The notes below the pieces were generated by a model. The model had not been told where the DNA came from. It saw nothing but the letters and a program-made list of their open reading frames with translations, and made no database searches. Below are positions 57,622-64,000 of a DNA stretch of 64,000 nt, piece by piece. The stretch covers positions 101,094-165,093 of the forward strand of contig JBAZKL010000001.1 in NCBI GenBank assembly GCA_041650835.1, read 5' to 3'. Every line of letters starts with the position of its first letter. Position 1 is the stretch's first letter. Position numbers and translations under genes: made by a program. The stretch comes from Candidatus Omnitrophota bacterium. Lineage in GTDB: Bacteria > Omnitrophota > Gorgyraeia > Gygaellales > Profunditerraquicolaceae.

Positions 57622-59181
57622 TCAAGAATTATTTAACCTGTATTCCCTTAAGGCACTACGCGCATGATCGACAGGAACGCCTTTTCCCGAACTGTTCCTT
57701 TCATAACAATAGACCCATAAACCGTCAAGGTACCCCTCAAACAAGAGCTTAAGATCACTATCAAGCGACCGTTTTACCGCGACGGAATTCTCATCTAATT
57801 TACCGCTTCTTTCCCAATCCAGGCAAATAACCCATATTCTCTTAAACGCAAGGCCGCCTATTTTATGTATCGGCACACAAAAGCGGGTTTCCGTTACCGG
57901 CCTTTGCCAGTCGGAATTTAAAACCTGAGGCGAAAACAGATAATACTGAGGGATCATTCTTTTAGAATAGAAATTTAATCCCGGCATTACTGATACATTA
58001 GTAAATGCGACAAGGTCGCCACTCCTGACATTATTGTCCAAATAACCAGCAAGAGGCCTGACAGGCTTTTTCAGGCATGCCCCTGAATGATACCTTCCGG
58101 GCGGATATATATATCCATAAAAATATAACCAGGTCCCGCAAAGAAAAATGGAGATTAAAACCCCTGCCGCGACCGCCCTGATGCCCCTGCTTAATCCCAT
58201 CACCGCGCACGATAATAATAAATAAAAATAGGGGCTAAACAATAACAGTCCGCGGCTTAAATATACCGAAAAGAATAATTTAGAAAATAAAAAAACCAGG
58301 GCAAGAGGGATAAAGAGCAAAAGGCCGCAGAAGTAAACACTCCTGCGCATATCTCTTTTTTTCATCACGACCGCGAATAAGATCATAAATATAATCACTG
58401 TTAATAAAGACGAAAGCGCATACAGTACCGCGGTGCCGTTGTATCCGAGGACATAATTCTGCAAGGTAATATTCAAAGACTGCCAATCCGGCTTTTTAAG
58501 CCAGAAACCTTGAGAAACAAACATCAATTTAGAGATAAAACGCGGCAGATAAAAACCGGAAATCCCCGCTATGAATAAAAAACACCACCACGCCTTATTC
58601 GCGCGGTATCTTGTAAGGGACAGGGCATATAAAGCTTGAGCGGAAATTAAAAAAATGTAAAAATAATTAGTGTATATTCCGGCCGATGAAACAATAGAAA
58701 ACCACAACCATCTCTTAAAAGTGCTTTTTTTGGTCGCTATAAGAAGCAGGTACGATGATACCGTACCGAGTAATAACACCATGCTGTAATCACGCGCCTC
58801 CTGCGCGTACCACAGGTGGAACGACGACAGTCCAATAAGCAACGTCGCTAAAATTGCCGTTTTTTTATCAAAGAGCTCTTTACCGAGCATAAAAACAATG
58901 ACTGTAGCAAGAAAACTAAACAGCATTGAAGGCAAGCGTAAACAAAACTCTGAAACACCAAAGGCCTTTACCCAAAAATGAAGTACTATCCAATATAACG
59001 GCGCATTCCAGTTATTCCACGGATATATTGCCAAGGATACCGAGTGTATTTCGTCAAACCAGAAATCTTTCGCGCCTAACCCGTAAATACGCAGCAAAAA
59101 AGAAATGACGAAAACACCCGCGACTATTAAGGCGCTTCGGTTACAACATTCATTTACCGGATCTTTACTGTTTTTGAACAT
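57622..59181 (-). CDS. Glycosyltransferase family 39/83 (ArnT/PMT-like) membrane protein
   Basis: About 12 TM with an N-terminal ...YGLGAKDFWFDE... DE-containing first loop. Confidence 0.65.
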   Translation of the reverse strand: MFKNSKDPVNECCNRSALIVAGVFVISFLLRIYGLGAKDFWFDEIHSVSLAIYPWNNWNAPLYWIVLHFWVKAFGVSEFCLRLPSMLFSFLATVIVFMLGKELFDKKTAILATLLIGLSSFHLWYAQEARDYSMVLLLGTVSSYLLLIATKKSTFKRWLWFSIVSSAGIYTNYFYIFLISAQALYALSLTRYRANKAWWCFLFIAGISGFYLPRFISKLMFVSQGFWLKKPDWQSLNITLQNYVLGYNGTAVLYALSSLLTVIIFMILFAVVMKKRDMRRSVYFCGLLLFIPLALVFLFSKLFFSVYLSRGLLLFSPYFYLLLSCAVMGLSRGIRAVAAGVLISIFLCGTWLYFYGYIYPPGRYHSGACLKKPVRPLAGYLDNNVRSGDLVAFTNVSVMPGLNFYSKRMIPQYYLFSPQVLNSDWQRPVTETRFCVPIHKIGGLAFKRIWVICLDWERSGKLDENSVAVKRSLDSDLKLLFEGYLDGLWVYCYERNSSGKGVPVDHARSALREYRLNNS

Positions 59182-59209
59182 AAAAAACCTTTAAAAAAAG
59201 AAAGTCCCG

Positions 59210-60370
59210 CTATTTCACAAGGAGCTTTTTTAAAATATACAGAAAGCGCCAATGGTACAAAAAACCCGTTTTTTTACTATAAGCCTTTAACCCGTAGAAT
59301 TTCGCGAACTGCTCCCGGGGAACATTAATGGCATACGCGAGTGATTCAAGGATATTGTCATGCAGAAGAAAATGCAATTGTAAATAAATATCATTGCGGC
59401 GCAGAAGTTTTTTTATGGAGAAGGTGTTTCTTGCGATAAACATCCGAATGGCCTTTCTTCGCAATGCCGGGATATCCAATTTCTTAAGGATATGTTCCGG
59501 GACAGCGTACCCGGAGAAAGACTGCATCTGAACCAATAAAAAAAATAGGGTTGTTCGCATATCATATTTTTCGCTCATCGCCAGGCAATAATCCCAATCA
59601 AAACGCTCCTCGTGTTTACGCATAAGCAGGATAGCGTCGTAAACATTCTTTAAACAGAGATTTTCGCCAAACCTCCGGGAATGCAACGCCAAACTAAAAA
59701 GCGAGTCTTCCGGAGAAAGCAATTTTATTATTTTACCGTCATACTGAATATCCCTTAACCTCTGCCAGATCTCCGGCAAAAGGCGGCGTTTTTTCCTTTT
59801 ATAATCAAGGGCCCAATGTAACTCCACACGATGCATAACGCTTGAGTTATTTCTCAAAAAAGCAATGTGATATTGATTTTCCCGCCAATACTCCTCTTTA
59901 AACCCATGCAATTCTTTTTTATAACCTAAATCAAGTAATATTGCCTCCGCATGAGAATAGCCTTCCTCCTGGACCAAAAGGTCTATATCTACCATTTGGC
60001 GGAGAAAAGTGTCTTGATATATGTCCGCAAGAAAAGCCACGCCTTTTATAGGCACAAGAGTAACTGCCGACCGTTCAAAAGCACCCGCTATCCGCGTAAA
60101 TTCCCGCCAGAACCGGTGCGAACGTTGCAGCGTAGCATATGAATTGTTTTTTATGAATCCTGCTAATTCTGCCGGCAAGGACCCGATAAGGTCTTTTAAC
60201 CTTAGATAAGCAAGCGGGATCAGTTGATGGTAAATAATGAGCTGTTTAAACACATCCCAATTAATATTATTATCCGCGAAAATCGCTTCTATTTTTGTAT
60301 CGGGCCCCGTTTTTAAAGCCGGTCCCCGGGCTATCTCCTTGAGAAATTCCTGTTCAGCGTTCACAGACAT
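59210..60370 (-). CDS. Nucleotidyltransferase family protein (NTP_transf_5-like)
   Basis: 386 aa. Central ...LVPIKGVAFLADIYQD...VDIDLLV... resembles PF14907 proteins, which often sit next to rSAM/SPASM genes. Confidence 0.55.
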   Translation of the reverse strand: MSVNAEQEFLKEIARGPALKTGPDTKIEAIFADNNINWDVFKQLIIYHQLIPLAYLRLKDLIGSLPAELAGFIKNNSYATLQRSHRFWREFTRIAGAFERSAVTLVPIKGVAFLADIYQDTFLRQMVDIDLLVQEEGYSHAEAILLDLGYKKELHGFKEEYWRENQYHIAFLRNNSSVMHRVELHWALDYKRKKRRLLPEIWQRLRDIQYDGKIIKLLSPEDSLFSLALHSRRFGENLCLKNVYDAILLMRKHEERFDWDYCLAMSEKYDMRTTLFFLLVQMQSFSGYAVPEHILKKLDIPALRRKAIRMFIARNTFSIKKLLRRNDIYLQLHFLLHDNILESLAYAINVPREQFAKFYGLKAYSKKTGFLYHWRFLYILKKLLVK

Positions 60371-60392
60371 GCTTGCCTTATCCTATCCTGCT

Positions 60393-61517
60393 TCATGAGA
60401 GCGCTTTGGCCCGGGCATGAGCTACTTTACAGAAATATTCAACTGGTTTATCCAATTCACCGGTTTCTAAGTAGGAATGCGCGGGGCACCAGATACAGAG
60501 ATTAATTATGGGACATGCCCGGCATTTTTTTAGGAAATCCCCGCTCTTTGAGCGCATATCACATACCCGGGGAGTAAATTTTTCCCAGGCCTCGGTTAAA
60601 CTCCCCTTTTTAAGGTCATAGATACAATCGGAATGCAAAAGCGAGGAACAAAGCCGGAAATACCCGTCATAACTCACAATAAAGTTTCCATTGCCTATTC
60701 CACAGTGAAAAAGATGATTACACCCAGGATGAGCAAATTCAGGATTAATAAATTGACTGCATTCTTTCCGTATGGCATTAAAACGCTCCGGGTCGGCTTT
60801 TTCAATACCCACAATTTCATCAGGAGTAAGGCGTTCTCGCTCTATCTCCTTGTTTTTCTCATGGTCTCTGTCAAAACGAAGGTGCAGAAACGGGTCGAAG
60901 CGGAAATAATCTTTGGTGATCCTGCGGCAAAAACCGGCGATCTGCGGCAATTCATGCATATTTGAACGCAAAGCCATGGCTTTAAAACGCACTCTAATCT
61001 TATTTTCTAAAAGAAGATCCAAGCCGCGCATAAAAGCGGCAAATGATCCTTTAACCTTAGTTACTTTTTCGTAGGTATCGCGCGTTACTCCATAAACCGT
61101 TACCTCGATATCTCGGGGAGGATATTTATTAAGGATATTTACGTGCTCCTGGACAATTAAGGTCGCATTGCTGAAAACTGAAACTAAAAGCCCTTTTTTC
61201 TTTAAATAAAGATAGATATCAAGAAAATCCTCTCTTAAAAAAGGCTCACCTCCGGTAACCAGGCACCAAAAAGCCCCCAAAGATACGGCTTGATCAATTA
61301 TTTTCCTGATCTCAGCAAAAGAAAGCTCTTTTTCTTTTGCCCTTTTATCATTACCCGGTAAGTTTATATAGCAATGGCGGCAATTGTTATTGCAGCGAGC
61401 GGTCAGCTCTAAACTAAACGAGATAAGCCTTCTCTGGTTTCTTGTCCTTTCCCAAAGAGATAGTTCGGGGAAAGAGATCGATTCCACGTAAGGTCCTTTA
61501 ACGCGCCTGGCTTTCAC
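60393..61517 (-). CDS. Radical SAM/SPASM domain protein (peptide-modifying maturase type)
   Basis: CNNNCRHCY (CX3CX2C) and GGEP. C-terminal SPASM cysteines (CGIGNGNF...C, CRACPIINLCIWC). Confidence 0.85.
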   Translation of the reverse strand: MKARRVKGPYVESISFPELSLWERTRNQRRLISFSLELTARCNNNCRHCYINLPGNDKRAKEKELSFAEIRKIIDQAVSLGAFWCLVTGGEPFLREDFLDIYLYLKKKGLLVSVFSNATLIVQEHVNILNKYPPRDIEVTVYGVTRDTYEKVTKVKGSFAAFMRGLDLLLENKIRVRFKAMALRSNMHELPQIAGFCRRITKDYFRFDPFLHLRFDRDHEKNKEIERERLTPDEIVGIEKADPERFNAIRKECSQFINPEFAHPGCNHLFHCGIGNGNFIVSYDGYFRLCSSLLHSDCIYDLKKGSLTEAWEKFTPRVCDMRSKSGDFLKKCRACPIINLCIWCPAHSYLETGELDKPVEYFCKVAHARAKALS

Positions 61518-62622
61518 AAACGTTTCTCTCCATTATTACACGGCTGGCGAACAGCTTATTCATGGCGCCTGCCCCCTTTTCTTTAGAGGCAGGCATTTCC
61601 TTGAAGCCCAGCCGCTGAGCAAACAAACTGCCCGGATATTCCCCTTTTATAACACTTACGGATATTTTATTTATCCGCGACAGCTTTAATAAATTGTCAG
61701 CCTGCTCAAGCAATTCTTTCTCAATAACAGTGCCTCGGTATCGAACCATGATCCTTGATTCGCACAGCCACCACCCCGGAAAGGGACACGCGGCCGGCCT
61801 GAACATAAATGACAAAGAAGCCGCCTGCCGGGAATTGATATCAAGTGCGATCGTCCACTTGGAAAGCGAGTTTTTATCCATACCAAGATTTAAATCAATG
61901 AGCTCGCAGGCAGAGATTTGCCTATTCAACCTGCCGGCTCCTTTGATGTTTATGGGAACACGTATTGAAAATTCAGCTTTTTTATTTAAATTTGGGAATA
62001 AAAATCCGGCGAGCCAGCGGTAAGCGTTAAACTGCTGTATATAATTGACCCCATAGATAAACCAAAAGAATAAATGTTGCCTCAGATAAGAATATTTAAG
62101 GAGAAAACCCAGAGCCATCTTCCCGAACAAATTATATTCTTTTTGCGCCGTTTCCAAGCGCTTGCCCTTTCTCTCTATACCCGATACTATCCCTAAGATA
62201 TCCTGATCAAAATGGGGGCCGTCGTTTCCGGAGCGAGCCATATCGGGCCGGGTAATAATATACTCTAAACCGTTTTTATTGCCTTTATCAATAGCGCGAT
62301 GGCCAAACAAATGGCTGGAGCGCCGGAAAACCGCGATATCCCCGATTTTGATCTGCTTCGCCTTCCGGGGCTCTATATGTAATATATCGCCCGGTCGCAC
62401 ACAAGGATACATACAAATGCCTTGAGCGCGGAACTTAATCATTTTCTTTTGCAAGAATACTTCTCTTAATTCAAAGAACTGGTGTATCAGCCTTAACTCG
62501 CCTGAACCTTGATCATGAGATAAAACGCGGGAAAGATCATTACTGTCTATTTCTTTACAAGAGGGGATAGAGCGGTACGTCTGAGCGCAGAATGCTTGAT
62601 ATTCCGGATTGTGACAGGACAT
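61498..62622 (-). CDS. Cytoplasmic S26B/SipW-like peptidase domain (putative Cys-His variant) fused to a GNAT-like C-terminal domain
   Basis: GICMYPCVRPGDIL (Cys in the GSMEP box-B position), GDIAVF and GHRAI (His box). No TM anchor. C-terminus ...ISVSVIKGEYPGSLFAQRLGFKE is GNAT-like. Confidence 0.5.
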   Translation of the reverse strand: MSCHNPEYQAFCAQTYRSIPSCKEIDSNDLSRVLSHDQGSGELRLIHQFFELREVFLQKKMIKFRAQGICMYPCVRPGDILHIEPRKAKQIKIGDIAVFRRSSHLFGHRAIDKGNKNGLEYIITRPDMARSGNDGPHFDQDILGIVSGIERKGKRLETAQKEYNLFGKMALGFLLKYSYLRQHLFFWFIYGVNYIQQFNAYRWLAGFLFPNLNKKAEFSIRVPINIKGAGRLNRQISACELIDLNLGMDKNSLSKWTIALDINSRQAASLSFMFRPAACPFPGWWLCESRIMVRYRGTVIEKELLEQADNLLKLSRINKISVSVIKGEYPGSLFAQRLGFKEMPASKEKGAGAMNKLFASRVIMERNVCESQAR

Positions 62623-62684
62623 TTCTTCTTTATTTCAAGAATAGCTTTTAGCGGCCATGGACCGGTTTTAAAAGGGACCTGGGA

Positions 62685-62864
62685 CTAACTTGAAGTCTGC
62701 CAGCTGCAGGACCCGCAAACGCCGGTATTATCGCATCCCGTATTACCCGCTCCAGGCCCACTCGACCAACCGGCACCCGCCTTACATTGAGATAAAATTC
62801 TTTCTTCGGGAGTTCCCCTTATCAACACACTCAACTTCGGCTTTTTCCATTTCTTTTTCTTCAT
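62685..62864 (-). CDS. Candidate RiPP precursor peptide (59 aa, Lys-rich leader, Cys/Gly-rich core)
   Basis: MKKKKWKKPKLSVLIRGTPEERILSQCKAGAGWSSGPGAGNTGCDNTGVCGSCSWQTSS. GGGAGGG RBS. Lies 62 nt upstream of, and co-oriented with, the peptidase / rSAM-SPASM / NTase genes. Confidence 0.6.
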   Translation of the reverse strand: MKKKKWKKPKLSVLIRGTPEERILSQCKAGAGWSSGPGAGNTGCDNTGVCGSCSWQTSS

Positions 62865-63058
62865 TACCGCCCTCCCCGAATACTGCTTTCGCAATTTTAA
62901 TTAAGATCACCGGCATAAATATCAGAACAGATGATTTTAATTATACAATATAAAAGTTGATAAATCAAAACAATCTCAAATACTGTCTTAAATTAAACTT
63001 AACTATGCCGATCCTTCGTTTATAGTTCTCTGCGCGTTAACAGGCATGGACAAAGAGG

Positions 63059-64000
63059 TTACAAGATCTTACCTGTCCACCCTCCCCTTCCCTGAGGCTT
63101 GTCAAATAAGTTTATTTTCATTCTAAAACATGCCGAAACTTTCCTAAACCCTTTATTAAGTTCTTCTTGATATTTTTTGTTTTCTCCCAGGTATTTATAA
63201 TGACGGGCAAGCAAAAAATTGATTTTCTCATTATCAGGGTCGGTCTTTTCCGCTTTTAGTAATTCATCAACGGCTTTTTTATACTGCCGCAGCGCAAAAA
63301 AACAATTCGCTAAAAACAGATTCAAGGGATATATCTTTCTCACCAAACCGTGCATTGAGATCATTTCCTTAGCCGTGCGAATACAGTCCTCGTATCGGCC
63401 GGCACCGGAATATTCGAGCGTTTTGTTCAATAATCGCGTCAAAATACTCCGTTTCTTCTGATATGCGCGAAATGCAACTATAAATAATTGTTGCCCCATC
63501 TTATTTGACCGCCATCGGGCACTTTTTATCTCCTCGTATAAGCTCTTTGTCACGAAAAAACCCCCTGAGGGGAAAGAAGACAGGGTTTGGCTCCGTTTCG
63601 CGATCCCTTCAAAACCTTCACCCGCGCTCAGATCTAAAAGCCTCGTATAAACATCTATGGCTGAACGAATATCCCCTATAGCCTCATAGCAGATACCCAG
63701 ATAAGCCAGAGCTTGATCCCTTATTTCCTCATTAAGCAGCGGCTCATCAAGAGCCATCAGAAAATACGCTATTGACCTTTTATAAAGGGGCTTGCTCATG
63801 AGTAAGAGCGCCTTGAAATAAAAATACGCTCCTGAATTACGGTCTTTTAAATCAATTCCCTTACTAATATAGCTCTGAGCCTTTTTAAACTTACCGACAC
63901 CTGAACTTTCATTGGCAAGCGCAATTAAGGAATTCCTATACGCCATTTTGCGCTCATAATACTTTGCGCCGGAAATATACACATTAACAGCAGGGATATT
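63059..64000 (-). CDS. TPR-like repeat protein, 5' end probably beyond the window
   Basis: The ORF stays open to the window edge (a GTG is listed as its start at 63982). TPR-like helical repeats. Confidence 0.5.
   Translation of the reverse strand, partial: NIPAVNVYISGAKYYERKMAYRNSLIALANESSGVGKFKKAQSYISKGIDLKDRNSGAYFYFKALLLMSKPLYKRSIAYFLMALDEPLLNEEIRDQALAYLGICYEAIGDIRSAIDVYTRLLDLSAGEGFEGIAKRSQTLSSFPSGGFFVTKSLYEEIKSARWRSNKMGQQLFIVAFRAYQKKRSILTRLLNKTLEYSGAGRYEDCIRTAKEMISMHGLVRKIYPLNLFLANCFFALRQYKKAVDELLKAEKTDPDNEKINFLLARHYKYLGENKKYQEELNKGFRKVSACFRMKINLFDKPQGRGGWTGKIL

Noticed and set aside
63982-63984. Listed start of the last ORF
   Set aside because: The codon is GTG and the frame stays open to the window edge, so the gene probably begins beyond 64000. 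It is annotated as partial.

Overview
This 64-kb window looks like a bacterial chromosomal segment with about 48% GC (estimated by eye, not counted). The six-frame track shows only complete ORFs, so I reassigned starts where a ribosome-binding site (RBS) or homology suggested one. I call about 62 genes, and all but one (a ROK-family kinase) lie on the minus strand. I found no rRNA, tRNA or CRISPR.

The content is dominated by phosphate and polyphosphate metabolism:
- a porin followed by pstSCAB-phoU, with an apparent frameshift in pstB
- the two-component pairs phoBR and a second PhoB-like response regulator
- PPK2, and a PPK1 / Ppx-GppA / CHAD / SixA-like cluster
- a 1555-aa membrane protein carrying a LysM domain, embedded in this regulon

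Other blocks in the window:
- a six-gene energy-converting-hydrogenase-related (Ehr, formate-hydrogenlyase-like) membrane complex, led by an HTH/PTS-EIIA2 fusion gene
- TrkH with a KdpD/KdpE-like two-component pair
- two cold-shock protein (csp) genes and an ABC-F ATPase
- a partial MMPL/RND transporter, a partial TPR protein and housekeeping genes

The most interesting candidate is an unannotated RiPP-like cluster at 57.6-62.9 kb. It holds a 59-aa Cys/Gly-rich precursor peptide, a cytoplasmic S26B-like peptidase fused to a GNAT-like domain, a radical-SAM/SPASM maturase, an NTP_transf_5 nucleotidyltransferase and a GT39 glycosyltransferase.

Non-coding signals worth noting:
- a structured RNA-like repeat found upstream of two genes, with compensatory base changes between copies
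- three copies of a ~165-bp palindromic MITE-like element
- a conserved motif (CCTTAAGG + TGTGAA-N5-GTGAA) present four times in the Pho region
- a terminator-like module shared by the two csp leaders
- a 28-bp perfect palindrome, and a pair of putative ArsR operator palindromes
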